A stretch of DNA of 63,961 nt, filler included. It is 3 parts of 3 records of this genome, joined end to end, with 100 filler letters (N's around TTAATTAATTAA, not from the genome) between each part and the next. Parts side by side here need not be neighbours in the genome. Positions count along the whole stretch, not along the records: positions 16,290 to 42,278 come from SRR20825019_1808; positions 42,379 to 63,961 come from SRR20825019_1821; 1 more part is not named here. One strand, given 5' to 3'. Within the stretch, counting starts at the first letter, position 1, and each line of letters begins with the position of its first letter. This document shows, piece by piece, positions 24,591 through 42,516 of the stretch. The translations under genes and the position numbers were made by a program. The notes under the pieces were generated by a model that was not told the origin of the DNA, made no database searches, and saw only the letters and a program-made list of their open reading frames with translations.

Positions 24591-25304
24591 TGATGCCGTC
24601 ACGACATTAGATCAACAAGTACAGGCGGTCGGAATGATGAAATCCGCACACAGCGAATACTTCTGATTTGTCATCCTGGGAGTAGCGAAACGACTCCGTC
24701 GGCATGATGTGATTCCACCATGACTGGGGTCAGTTCACCCGGCACGGGACGGGCCCACCGGCCCCCAGCTGATCTGACTCACCGGGCAGCGGCGCCGCGC
24801 GTCCGGCCGGCCGTAGTGAGCTCTCCTCCTCCACGGCGGTGCCGTGCGCGGTGCCACCGGTGACCGGCGGCAGTGATGAGTGGCCCCATGGATTGAGGGA
24901 GTGAGGACCGCGTCAACTCGCGCGCGCCCGGCAGGCAGTCAACTCGACTCCGGCGTCCCAGCCGGCGCTCCGACGGCGTGACCGGTCTTTGCTAGACGAC
25001 TTGAAGCGACCCCGCCAGGACGGGGCAACAAGCCACGGCCAGTGGGTCACCGGCTGCGCCCCGTCCAATGGGGCCCTCCCCACGGGACTCGGCGCTGGCG
25101 CCATGGGACTCGGACCCCGCGTATCGTCGGAACGAGGGAGCGATCTCGTTTAGGGCTCGCGGCTGGCAGTGGGCGAAACAGAGTGGCCCCGGTTCCTGTC
25201 GGGTGAGATCAAGGGCATAGCGAGGCCCTTGAACCCGGCCCGCGGCCCGGGCCCCGTCGCCTGAACGGATTGGGCCTCCTTGGATAGCGATCGGGGAGAG
25301 TTCG

Positions 25305-30279
<4,975 letters not shown>

Positions 30280-30438
30280 ATCCAATGATGATACACAACT
30301 ATTCTTTATATGCTCCCCGGACAAGCTTCAATTTTGTCACATGGGTCTGAGGAATCCATAGAGAGCCATCCAGTAGCATCTATTGCCATTCGTTGTGTGA
30401 AGTGGCGTAGACATGCATCAGTCAATCCAGAACGATGT

Positions 30439-31926
30439 CTACCAATCGATGGGCAGTGGGTACTCCCCACTAAAGCACGCGCTGCAATGGCCACTCCTCT
30501 TGCTTCCAAGGTTTGCGGCCTCGATCAAGCCATCATGGCTCAAGTAAGCAATGCTGTCCGCCCCAATGCGAGCAGCAATCTCGTCAATACTCAGCTGGTT
30601 GGCCACAAGCTCTTCCTTGGTGCCAATATCAATACCCATATAGCACTGATTCCTCACAGGCGGGGAGGAGATGCGAACATGAATTTGCTTTGCTCCAGCT
30701 TTTTTAAGCATCTTGATAATGCGCTTGCTGGTCGTTCCTCGCACGATACTATCGTCCACCAAAACCACGTTCTTGTCCTTCAAATTGGAAGCCATGGGAT
30801 TGAACTTCATGGCAACACCAAGGTTCCGCATGTATTCGTCGGGCTGAATGAATGTTCTTCCAACGTACCTGTTCTTGAACAACCCTTCAATGTAAGGAAG
30901 GTTGCAAGCTCCAGCATAAGAAATGGCAGCAGGAGTAGCAGAGTCAGGAACGCACATCACACAGTCTGCCGACTCTGGGGGAGGGGCCTCACGAGCAAGG
31001 ATTTCACCAAGGGCCTGACGGACCCGGTGGATGAGGTTGCCATTTCCTTCATCCTCGCCATCCAGGATAGAATCAGGTCGCGCAAAGTACACATACTCAA
31101 ACACGCATAGGGACTTCTTAGGAGCTGGCTCCCGTCCCATAGTACTATGGAACCCACTCTGGTCGATGCGAACTATCTCTCCAGGTTTCACTTCCCTCAC
31201 ATAGTCAGCTCCAATGGACGCAAGGGCGCAAGACTCAGAGGCACAAGCATATCCCCGAATCCCATCTTCGCCATCGACAAAGCCGATGCACAAAGGCCTC
31301 ATCCCATGAATATCACGGACACAGAACAGCGCCCGGTTAGTCATGACTACAAGCGAGAAGGCACCTTCTGCTTCCGACATGAAGTTGGAAATGCGCGCTT
31401 CCCAGTTTGGGCCCTTGCTCTCGTCAACTCCAGGAGCAGGGGAAGCAAGCCATTGCGTGATTACTTCACTGTCTGTGGTTGAAATTAAACCCACACCGCG
31501 ATCCAACAGCCGCCGGCGCAAAGTCTTTGAGGTTGTGATGTTGCCATTGTGGGCAACACCAATTACACCATGTGAGGTCTCAATGACAAACGGCTGGGCA
31601 TTTGTAAGCATGCTACCACCGGTAGTTGAGTACCGAGTGTGACCAATGCCAAAGTGTCCTTTCAAGGGCTTCAGATTCTGTTCTGTGAAAACTTGATTAA
31701 CTAGACCCATTCCCTTCTCAATGTATGTGCGGAAGCCATCCCCTGTCATTATTCCCGCACTTTCTTGACCCCGATGCTGAAGGGCGTTCAAGGCAAAGAA
31801 AGAGAGACGGGCAACATCCTTTCCGGGAGCAAAAAGCCCAAACACCCCGCACTCTTCACCACGCTCACGGTCTGTCATGCGACCTTCTCCTCGAGCCCTA
31901 CTGGTAGAATCAGAAACACTCTCCAT
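30439..31926 (-). CDS. purF: Amidophosphoribosyltransferase; no introns
   Basis: Propeptide followed by EECGVFG, LQHRGQESAG, GHTRYST, HNGN, CVFEYVYFARPDS, VLVDDSIVRGTT, and Fe-S-type cysteines CYMGID and CSACF. Confidence 0.95.
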   Translation of the reverse strand: MESVSDSTSRARGEGRMTDRERGEECGVFGLFAPGKDVARLSFFALNALQHRGQESAGIMTGDGFRTYIEKGMGLVNQVFTEQNLKPLKGHFGIGHTRYSTTGGSMLTNAQPFVIETSHGVIGVAHNGNITTSKTLRRRLLDRGVGLISTTDSEVITQWLASPAPGVDESKGPNWEARISNFMSEAEGAFSLVVMTNRALFCVRDIHGMRPLCIGFVDGEDGIRGYACASESCALASIGADYVREVKPGEIVRIDQSGFHSTMGREPAPKKSLCVFEYVYFARPDSILDGEDEGNGNLIHRVRQALGEILAREAPPPESADCVMCVPDSATPAAISYAGACNLPYIEGLFKNRYVGRTFIQPDEYMRNLGVAMKFNPMASNLKDKNVVLVDDSIVRGTTSKRIIKMLKKAGAKQIHVRISSPPVRNQCYMGIDIGTKEELVANQLSIDEIAARIGADSIAYLSHDGLIEAANLGSKRSGHCSACFSGEYPLPIDW

Positions 31927-32665
31927 GATAATAGTGACAACTATTGTTAGGAGTTTGCAACAACGGCATATATATTGAAGTTTATGGCACCGGAAAGAGC
32001 CAAACAGGAAGTTCCTTGAGTACGTTTGAGGGCTGCTAAGCAGGCTGGGGCTCGAGCAACCTTCAATATTAACCAATCAGACCCAACCTCAACAGGTCTG
32101 GAGAAGTCCGGAGCCGGTCAATGAATGACGTGGTGTGGGGGCAAGGGGCGTGACAAGGCAGTTGAGTGGTTAGCAAAAAAAATCCGAGCCGATCGGGTCA
32201 ATGAAGAGTCAGACTCACCACCAGAAGGCCAACAAAGGGTTCTATCGTGAGAGGACCGGCTCCTGGTGGAGGGGCCTCACCATTCGAGGCAGGTCCATGC
32301 GGTGCCGCCGCTTGCCGGCGCCGCGCGCCAGCCATCACCCAGAGCCACCGGAAGCATTTCATCATGTGTTGTAATTTACAGTGGTGCCAAATTTAGCAAC
32401 TCGATGTGATTCCATCATTGTCTCAGGTATGTAACCCCCAATTGGGGATCTAAGAGTTAGGGCGCGGCGGCCGGCGCCACCGACTCTTGACCCAGGCGGG
32501 CCCGCTGCCGTGAACTCCGGGGGGCCGTCGGCGACCGGCCGCCCGGCCGCCGGGCCGGGGCCCGAGCGAGTGGCACGGTGGGCAGCTCCAGCCAGGCGCC
32601 GGGTAGTCTCGCTGGGGGGCGCCCAGCAGGGTGAGGTGTGAATTAGCTTTTAAAACCACTGACAT

Positions 32666-34866
32666 ATGTGTGACGGCACAATGGAAGTCTGCTGGAGCAT
32701 GGGACCAGGCATGGGACCAGGAGTTGTGAGTGCTCTCCTTGTGGAGGTACGAGGATCTTTACTTCATTTTAGCTGTGTGTGCTTTTCTAACAGCACCTCC
32801 CCTTCAGCTAGTGGCGGACTCCACCACACAAAGCCGTTGCGATGCTATTTCACTGCGTATACTACGGGATATCTTGAACAGCGCAAAGGCTGCTGATGTA
32901 TAAGTCATCAATGTTGGCCATCTATTCTGTGCTGACTGAGTACTCAGACGTTTCATGATTTAGTTGTTGCCCTTTCCTTGACACTTCCTCATGCCGGAAA
33001 TCCTTCACGGTGTGGCTCGCTTTTGCTGAACATTCTGAATCACTTCTGCGGTACTGAAGGTGTGCAACATCAAAATACACTTTGTGCAGGTTCTAAAATG
33101 ATGAATAGATGATGTTCGCATCCGAGGTTTGGCTGAGTGGCTTGTTGAGGATTTGCGAAAGAGTCCTTGGTATGACTCCAATCAGAGCTTGGAGAGGACT
33201 CTGTTGGGTTTGAACATCACTAGTCATGGTGAAAAGGGTCACCACGTGCAGCCTGAACTGGGACCTATTGGCCCATACACTCTCTTGACTGCTTGCCTTT
33301 CTTGGCTTGTTGGAATCTCTGCCGATAAGTATCCAGTGGCATCGACAGAAGCTGTTCAATTTATTCTCGGAGCAAGCCCTGGAATAGTTAGTACGTAGAA
33401 TGCATTCAGTGTTTTTTTGAGAGATTCATACTCTTCGAACTGCAGGTGACGTTAGTGTGCAGGGTGGGCCGAATGAGGCTTGTCGTGTTATTTTGATAGT
33501 ATATCGTCACGCATATCCTGATATATGTGAACCGTTCCTGCGCAAACTGTACTCATGCAGCAATCACGGGGCCCAGGGGTTCAAGTTCTTCGATTCGCTG
33601 CAGATATCTCCTTTGGCGTCAAGGGTGAGATCTTGTCGTTATAAGACCACTTTCGTGCTAATGTCAAGTAATTAGTTGTGCTTCCAAGCGGTATCCACTG
33701 AAATGGCCAGGGATTTATCGTTTTGGTTGGGAGAAAACAATTCTCTTGATCACAAACGGATATCGATGCTCGAGAATTTGTGGAATGCAGAGGCTGCTGC
33801 CCTCTTTGAAGACTATGGAACAAGACCATCTACCTTCGAGGTAAGTCCGATGACGCTTAAGTTCGAGGTTACTTATGAGTCTTGTGGACAACTATTCAAC
33901 GTCATAAATAGGTGATCGATAGTTTGCATGATATGAAATCATTCCTCATGGTGGCAGATGTATGCGATATCGGAATTCGCGTTTTAATCGGAGTGCATGT
34001 TTATGCGGCCGCGATCAGTGCCGGTTTCATTTCTGATCTCCCACAGGACCAAGCCGAATGGACAAACGCGATTGTGTCGGTCTTGGACTGTGCTGCGGGA
34101 GCAGTGTTCTGTCGCCAATCTGCTGTTGCCCTGTTTCGGGCCGCTAAACTAAAACTTGGCGGTCAGTGGCTGGAAGCGGCGACAAGGTGTGTCTCTCCGC
34201 GTTCAGAAACCCCCAAATGGATAGCGGGTGTATGATCAGAACGCCAAGAGCCCTTAATGTGTCAGATTCCGCTGGAGTTTATCAAGAAGCAAGATTCTTT
34301 GTCAGAGGGAGAGTACGTGCCCGGTATTCTGTTTCTGTGGCTTGCCCTAGGATATCGGCCCGTCGAGGCCGGACCTTGACGATTGTGGCTGGTTGTTTTG
34401 CCTCCTTCATATGCGACATGGTGCTGACTGTAGTTACTCCGGACAAATGTTCATAATGTGGTGGTCAGATATGGGCGTTGGCTTAGCGATTTGGCATTCT
34501 TTTCTTGCTCCAGGAGGCTGCTGCTGGTATGGGGGTTGATACGGTAACAGTGTGATGGCGGCCACCAGCCTGTTTGTCTTTCTTCATATTGATATCGGGG
34601 TATAGTTCAACGACCGATATATTTTTAAGCCATATCGCGATGGCGACCCAAGGCCGGTACTGATGGTATCTTCGTTAGTCGTTAGTGACATGATCCTGCA
34701 ACGGGACTTGGTGTCAATGGACAATAAAATCCCTTAACTACTGAAAGACTCATCTCACTCCTGAACGAGCAACAATCCTTAATGACTTTTCGGGAGAGGG
34801 GTTACACTGATCTCCGATGGTGCTGCTCAAGAGTACGCCATTCGCACTTGCCGGCTTCTTGAGTAA
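32666..34866 (+). CDS. Intron-rich uncharacterised protein, probably alpha-helical
   Basis: A chain of short plus-strand ORFs separated by ~50-nt GT-AG introns. The first exons splice in frame and the last ends ...EYAIRTCRLLE-TAA at 34864-34866. Internal structure was only partly verified. Confidence 0.55.
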
Positions 34867-35491
34867 CCATAATAATGCGAGGTATTGGAGATGTTCCATC
34901 AACATTGTAAACGCACCGATCGACCCACACTATGACTGGTATATCCTCACATCTTCTTCCGAACAAGGCATTATTATTACTATGACGCAGCCATTTGGAA
35001 TTAATTGTCACGCGGAGAAACTATCAATGACGTAGCCTGAGGCCATCTTGTGGGCATAGAAAGCGTATACAGACACACCGGCACCGTCGGCACCGTCACC
35101 CTACCAGCCAGCCGGCCTCGGCCATGTTTGGTGAATTGCAAGACGCGACTGGTGCAATCACAATTTGGGATCCCCAGGAAACAATCGATGAAAGAGCTAA
35201 CCGAAAGTTTATGGACAGTTGTGTTGTCCGATAAAACATTATTGGCTTGGTTCCCTGCCCACGATCGCATGGCTCGAGTCGGAATGTGACCACGATTGGG
35301 GCCTTTTTTTAGGCCCTGTTTGGAATCACAGTGCGATCATTAGGATGGCAAGTCATGGACCCGGCCCTAGGCCGCCCAGTGGTCATCAGTCCGCCCCGAG
35401 TTAGTGGTGTAGCAGCCTCGTGGCCGTTGTAAATATATACCTTTCAAGTGACACAACATACACTCAGCGAGGTCCCTATTTGTACCAGATC

Positions 35492-38400
35492 ATGTCGCAA
35501 GAGGACGTTCAAATTGCCTTAACATCCCAACCCCACCTGGAGGCGCTACTCCAACAGTTGACAGTTCCAGACACTCAAAAGATTAAGGCAGCCGAGGAGG
35601 TATCACTATCTAAAACACATAATTTTGAGGGTATTCACTCATTATCCTTAGGTTGTAAAGAAAGTCGTAAAGGATGTTCGGTCTGTTGAAGCTTTGATGC
35701 GCACACTTCGCACCTCTGAGAACCCACAGAGTCGCCAACTTTCAGCGGTACTTCTCCGCAAGAAGATTACAGGGCACTGGAGCAAACTCTCTGACGAGCA
35801 GAAGGAGGGTATCAAGAGTGCTCTTCTTGAGCATGTCGTTCAAGAGCCAATGTTTGTGTTCTTTCAGTTAGTCCCGTATTGTGTTCTCATGTCGAATCTG
35901 CAGTCATCTTGTGAGGCACAACGCTGGAAGTGTGGTCAGTAGCATTGCGAAATATGAACTACCTGCTGGGAAGTGGGGCCAGCTCCTGGACTTCATTAAG
36001 AACTTGATTCACTCCAATGACCACCGTGAAGTTGGGCTCAACATGCTCGCTTCTCTAATTGATAATATGGGGGACTTGTTGCGTGGGTCTTTTGCGCAGA
36101 TGAATGAAATGTTCGGCGCTTGTTTGGACGCTTCCCAGCCAGCTCAGGTGTGTGCTGTAAGTATGTGCTCAAATAGAGAAGGGCCTAACGTGTAGTTCAG
36201 ATTCGTATTGCCGCCCTCCGGGCCATCGAGAAGGAAGCAGAATGGCTGACACCAGAGTGTGAGGTTACTTCTTTCCGCAATCTCCTAGGTGGGATGTTTG
36301 GAGCTATTCGGTTAGTATTACTAGTTTGGTGTGCTCATGGGACTAAAGGGCAAGACATGTAGCTCCGGATATGCTGAGGGAGAGGAGGATTTGGTTGCAG
36401 TGGGCTTCCAGATTCTCGATGTGCTCATCGAGAGTGAGGTGAACATCATTCCGACTACTGGCCAGGTGTTTAATGAACTCATGAGACTGACATTGGAAGT
36501 CATGTGCAATGTGGTAAGTTCTCCTTACTCTTAATGATGACTCTACTCATCCACGTACAGGATCTTGATATCCAAACAAGACGCCACGCCATGGTGTTCG
36601 TGACATGGACTGCCACTAACAGGCCAAAGGCCCTGTACAAGAACGCAGAGATTCTTCAACATCTCATCGACGCTTTGATGAAGGTTTCGTCAGAGCCCGA
36701 TGAGTTCGATGACCAGATGGATGGGTTGAATGCACATGATATCGCCGCAGAAGTTCTTTATGTGCTCTGCACCAAAGTTCCAAATAAGTTCATTTACCAA
36801 CCGATCATGTCCCTTGTGGAAAAAATCCTGACAGCAGAGAGCGCTGATCACTGGCACAAGCGGACCGCTCTTGTTGTTCTTGGGTTTGTATCGGTAGGCT
36901 GTACAGAGGTTATGGTTGATGACATCGAGGTTGCGCTGTCTGCCGTGTATAGATTTGCCTCTGATCCTCACAAGCTTGTGCGGAAGGCAATGTGCTTTGC
37001 TCTGAGCGAATTCTCTGAAAATCTTCAACCTGAGATCTTTGACTACCATGCTACTCTTCTTCCACACATTTTCCAAGTTTTGGAGGATCCTGATGACGAT
37101 GTGAAGGAGCAGGCTTGCAGTGCGTTGGAGATCTTTAGCCAGAACCTCGAGGAAAAGATCAGCCCCTACCTCAGCGGCTTTGTAACAAAAATGACGGCTT
37201 TGGTACAGAGCCCTAACCCGAGGCTTCAAGGAATCGCCTTGACTGCGATTGGGTCAGCTGCGAGTGCTGCTGGAGCCGAATTCAAGGAACATGCCCCCCC
37301 TATCATCCCAATTCTCAATCAAGTGATGAGCACCAATGCTGGCGAGTATCTTCACCTACGGGGGCGGGCCACTGAGGCAATGGGAATGATTATTGCCGTC
37401 CTTGGCCGCGAGTATTTCACTGATGCTGTCCTCGGCCAAATTGTGGGTCAGGCTCTTCAGGGCCTGGCTCTTGATGTAGAAAGTGATCATTTGCACACTC
37501 TTCGTGACTACACATATGGATTCTTCCAAAATGCAGCTGACGCTCTTGGGACTGATTTTGCCGCATTCCTTCCCCAGGTAATGCCGTTCCTTTTGGCCTC
37601 TGGCGTTGCTCAAGAAACATTTGAGTACGAAGACGAGAGCGAAGGAGACGACGGAATCAGTGACGACGACGATGAGGGAGCTGGAGACTTCTGGGTGAAA
37701 ACTGATGCTGTCGATGAGGCCGCTACTGCATTGAAAACCATTGGCGAGGTGGCCAAGAGCAGCGGGGCTGCTTTCCTTCCTTTCCTTGAGCAATCTTTTG
37801 ATCTTTTGGGAAGGCAAGCCGGCTTCCCCCACGAAGAAGTCCGCTCCAATTGTTTGTTTTCTTTGGGTGCTCTGACCTGTGTTGTTGCGAAACATCACCC
37901 TGAATCCGTGCCAAAGATTCTGAACGAAACCATGACCATCTATTTTGAGATGATGGTAACCGATGATGAGAAAGAGGTTGCTGCTGCTGCGTGTGATGCT
38001 GTCTGTGAAATCCTTAAGGAATGTGGTATAGCTGCTTTAGCTCCATACAGAGAGGACCTTACCAAGGCGTTGTTGATGTTGTTGAAAGAGAAAACAGAAT
38101 GCCAACGCAATCTTGATGATGAGGACGAGGATGATGACGACAGGGACCATGACGAGACACTTATTGATGCGGTCGATCTGCTTACATGTGAGTTTGCCAA
38201 GGCGCTCAAGGGCGAATTTGCTCCCCTTCTTCCCAGCTTTTTCAAGCCAGTGATCAAGTTCACTAAGCCAGCCAGGTCAATCCGTGATAGGTGCATGGGT
38301 GTGGGCATTCTTGCGGAGTTTGTTTGTTCCATTGGTCCTGCCATTCTTCCTCATGCCCCGGAAATATTCTCAATTGCGCTGCAAGGCATCAAGGATGAGG

Positions 38401-38882
38401 ACGGTCAGATGAGAAGGAACTGCGCCTTCTGCCTTGGTGCGTTGATGCAGAACACTGGAGATATTGCTGTGCAGCACTTCCAGCAAACGCTGATGGCATT
38501 GCACCCACTTTTCCAAGATGACGAAGAACCTGCCACCAAGGATAACGCGAGTGGTGCTGTCGCTCGGATTATTGTTTCGCACCCTTCTTTGGCTCCTCTT
38601 GATCAGCTTCTGCCTGTGTTCCTGTCCAGTTTGCCTTTGAAGAACGACTTCGAGGAGAATGGCCCTGTCTACAGTTGCCTGATCGCTCTTGTAAGCAACG
38701 GCGCCGTGAACCAGCAGAACGCGAACGAGTTTGTGAGAGTGTTTGCGCTGGCTATTGCTAGTGGTAATGTTGAGGAGGCCCTCTGCGTCCAAATGGGGGC
38801 TGCTCTCAAGCAGGTTGTAGCCAGTCATGGCAATGTACAGCTTCCTCCCAACACCGAAGTTGCTGTGCGTAGATTTACTTAA
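35492..38882 (+). CDS. IPO4: Importin-4/Kap123-like karyopherin beta; about 5 introns in the 5' third
   Basis: LEALLQQLTVPDTQKIKAAE and RQLSAVLLRKKITGHW (importin N-terminal domain), HEAT repeats, acidic loops, DNASGAVARII and LPLKNDFEEN. Confidence 0.88.
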
Positions 38883-39518
38883 TCATATCCAGACCGTTCC
38901 AAATTTAGAAGCACCCCGATGGATCGAAACCGCTACTTTGCGCGATCTTACGATTCGGCCCCGCGGGCCCGGCTGGCGCAACAGCGGGCCCGGGCCGGGC
39001 GGCCGGGCCGGAGCCAAGGATGGGTTGAGCCCCCATACCGCCGCCGACGGCCGACCGCCGCTGGCCTGTGGCCGGGGCCACGCGCGCGGCTGGGCGGGCC
39101 GCGCTCCGGCTCTCAACCGGACACTTGAACGGAGGGGGCCGTGGCGCACGGTGGTGCCAGGCTGGCCCCTCGAAGTACTCAATAGGGCAGGCAGCCTGGC
39201 CCGCTCGGGGCGTAGCACAATGGCTGTCGACATCTGTGGCCTTCCAAGGGCTGAGGATGACGTCGCAGGAAAAGTTGTGGTATCACACGGGGCCGGCATT
39301 TAAGGGCCAACCTGTGCTGATCGATCCCCTGTCCGGCTTAGGGAGTGTATTCATACCAGTTCTATGATAGGCTTTGAAATAAAGAGTTTTCCCGACTGAC
39401 CTGAATATCGTTTTCTTACTGGTGTGTTCCTTGAAGCAACTAGTCAGTGAATATCAATATGAAGAAAGAATAGCTACTGCAGCTTGCACGTTGTGACACA
39501 GGAAACAATCACACAAAT

Positions 39519-40550
39519 ATGTCACACACCAAGTATTTGCACGCGGGCAAAGTGGGACCCGCAGCAGAAGGAAAAGTTGCCTTTGAACCAACACAACAGG
39601 ACGGAGGAACAGCTAACGAGGCGACCACCCTTCTTGAGTTTTCAACCAGTGAAGATGAAGCAGTAGATTATGACGACTTACCCAGGAGGCGTGGATCGGG
39701 CTCAGCAACTAATATGCCTAATTGGATTAAGACAGCACGAAACTGGACTGTCAACGATCAAAAGATGCTTATGGATAGTAATAGTTGGAAACCCAAAACA
39801 ACTCTTCACTATGATAACACTGTGGTTTACTCCCTCAAGAAAGACAAGGGAATAGCTCCTTCTGTTGGCTATCGCGTAGACACTGATGTTGTGGAGGGGT
39901 CAGCCTATCTTCAAGAGCTTCTTTCGCAGAGGTGGGGGGTTATGGTCTTAACAAGATAATCTTGCTTATCACTGTATCCAAATCATGTGTTTAGGTTTGC
40001 TGATCGACTTGTTGAGTGGAGCACACAATGCGAGGCTTGCTCTGTGGCCGTTCAACTGCATGATGACACACAGATTTTGAATCTGTCGTACGCTAGCGAA
40101 GGACTTTTGCTAGAGCGGCGGGACTGCGTTTGTGTGAAATGTGTGCGGTCGTTGGATAATGGGGGTTTCATAGTGTCATACAGGTCTTGTTGCAAAATAT
40201 GTTTGTAGTCCGTGTATTTACTTCTTCGCAACATTTAGATGTATCGAGCACCCAAGTATAGATCCCTTGGCCATCACGAATGCGAAGTCACATGTCGAGG
40301 TGTGCCTCATGGGTGTTCCTCACACTGACCAAGAAAAGATAAGTACAGGCACCCCTTCATTACGCCTTTCATATTTCCGGAGGATTCGGCACAAGGTACG
40401 GGGGAACTGAATAGACATTGGATGTATGCTAAGTCCCGATAGAAATGCGTGTCAAGGTTCTTGCGAAATAGGTCAAGTCCACAATATATGTTGCGAGAGC
40501 TCAGCAACATCAAAAGGATTCTAGCACTGGGGTACGACGATGATGACTGA
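39519..40550 (+). CDS. START (lipid-binding) domain protein; about 3 introns
   Basis: RLVEWSTQCEACSV...QILNLSY...LERRDCVCVKCVRSLDNGGFIVSYRCIEHP matches the START R-x-x-W-D...RD(F)V...S-x-x-HP pattern. The spliced end is ...LGYDDDD-TGA at 40548-40550. Confidence 0.65.
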
Positions 40551-40604
40551 AGCGTCAACGCGATAGCGATTGTGGCGATTGTCGCATTACTTTGTGCACA
40601 CTTC

Positions 40605-41403
40605 TCACACAAGGTGTGTGGAACGAACAACAAGAGCTGCATACGACAGTACAATCTCAAGCTCGACTATACGCTGGAGATAATGTCGGAACTGAATTTC
40701 ACTGGGCACCTTCTTTGGTATGACTACTGAACACCAGCTATGGCACGTAGTCGATGATCAGTGTTTCCGGAAAAAAGTATGGAAACATAGTCGTGATATT
40801 CGTGGGATATTCGTACCAGAGGCAACACATGGTGCCACACATGATGATACAGCATGGGTATAAGTGGGGCGGTGGATGACTTTGTCGATCGGAGCCAGTC
40901 CAACTGTGATTGAGATTTTCCATGGTATAAAGAACCCCGGTTCTCGTGGGTTCTTGTATTCTCAACAATGGCCATTGCCATTTCCTTCAAGTGTGAGTCA
41001 TTGTGTCAGCTTTTGGGATGCGTGCATATCACTCATAATGGAAAATGCCAATCAATTTGACTAGTGTGCATAAAGCCATACTACCCCATTGACACGCCAT
41101 ATTCCATGATCTGTGTAGTAAGACCTCGAATGTTATGCCAATTTCTATCAAATATTGCGCAAATATCCAAGCAGACCGTTGCTTATTCTTCACCGATCCT
41201 GCCTTTGACAACTACAAATACCATCCAGTATGGTTAAACCATCGCTTCCCTTACAGAGCAGATTTAAGTCGCAGCGAACTCTTTCTTTTGTTCAGTGCTT
41301 CGTGGACCTGGCAAGCTGCTACATAGCACCGACATGGCGCCCTTAACTTTGCGCACTCTATTGTTGGTATCAAACTTCGAGTTAATCCATTACTGACTTT
41401 CAT
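40605..41403 (-). CDS. Possible small multi-exon hypothetical gene
   Basis: Several short minus-strand ORFs with GT-AG-like gaps, lying between a GC island and the START gene. The model is unresolved. Confidence 0.3.
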
Positions 41404-42278
41404 AACGTCCGGTGGGGTCCGTACTGCTCCATTAACGGGCCCGGCAGGGGACCGGCAGCCGGCTGGCCCCTTGCCACGCCAGCCGACCTTCCCCGGTCCC
41501 CCCCTCCCCCGGTGGCCGGTGTCCGACTCGTCCTAGCCCGCCCCTAGCCCGTTTTGCAATGACGATGGGGCCAAGAGTGCGAGGCCCTGACACCCTAGCC
41601 CGGAGTCCCGCACTGATGGGCTACCCGTGCCAGCCACGTCCGCCGGAGCCGCCTGGCAGCGCTGGGCGGCTGCACCGCCCGCCGCCGGGTAGCCCCACCC
41701 TGGCCATGTGCCTGCCTTCGGGGCCGCTGAGCCGGCCGCGTAGCACACAAGTTGAGGCCGGCCAAGCAAGTGGTACCGAGCCACGGCCGCCCTGAGGGCC
41801 TCGGCACCGTGGCACGCCGGCGCCGGCGTCACCAGCCTGATGGAGAGCGGTGATCCATCCGGATCCGGTCTGACTCACTTTTTGATGACTCCTTTGCTCA
41901 GTGGTTTTGCTGGAGTCTCCAGATCCGAGCTGTTCCTGTTCCCATCCTCCAAAAAACTTTCCCACAGCAAGTGCCTTATCTCTTATATTTGTACGGTTGG
42001 CACGTACCTGGTGGCACTTCATTGATAAAAATAGCCGATCGAGCGTCGGGTCGAGCCAAATTTGGTCTTCCACTGACGTGGCTTGCCTTTTCACCGACAT
42101 GGATTGGGAAACTTTTAAGGCCATTATGTTTCCCGAGGCCCCGTCGCTTCACCAATACCCCTGATCAACAAGTAAACTGGGGGCCAACAACTACGGAATC
42201 ACGTTGATCCCTATCCATTGTCTGGGTCAACAGCTCCCGAGCTGAGTACTGCCTCCCCCCCCCCCCCCCCCCCCCCCC

Positions 42279-42378
42279 NNNNNNNNNNNNNNNNNNNNNN
42301 NNNNNNNNNNNNNNNNNNNNNNTTAATTAATTAANNNNNNNNNNNNNNNNNNNNNNNNNNNNNNNNNNNNNNNNNNNN
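42279..42378. other. Artificial contig spacer marking the eukaryote/bacterium junction
   Basis: Identical to the spacer at 16190, and preceded by a 24-nt poly-C contig end (42255-42278). Confidence 0.98.
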
Positions 42379-42495
42379 CCCTTCTCCCCTGAGGGGAGAA
42401 GGTGGCGCAAGCGCCGGATGAGGGGTTCAGCGCCGCGTTCAATGCGATGGGCTTTCACCCCTCACCCTAACCCTCTCCCCTGAGGGGCGAGGGGA
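42379..42495. repeat. Alphaproteobacterial palindromic intergenic repeat (CIR/RIME/REP-like)
   Basis: Two terminal hairpins, CCTTCTCCCCTGAGGGGAGAAGG and CCCTCTCCCCTGAGGGGCGAGGG, with inner complementary TGAGGGG/CCCCTCA. It sits at the contig break. Confidence 0.75.
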
Positions 42496-42516
42496 CGAAG
42501 GGGCCGAACAGCCGGC

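Noticed and set aside
32697..32720. 12-bp tandem repeat GCATGGGACCAG x2 as a CRISPR-like array
   Set aside because: Only two adjacent copies with no spacers, inside a probable CDS (MGPG MGPG).
42255..42400. Bacterial DNA integrated in a eukaryotic chromosome
   Set aside because: The junction is an artificial spacer with no sequence continuity. The poly-C run is probably a contig-end artefact.
42458..42475. CCCTCACCCTAACCCT as a telomeric repeat
   Set aside because: There is only one CCCTAA unit, and it is part of the bacterial palindromic repeat.
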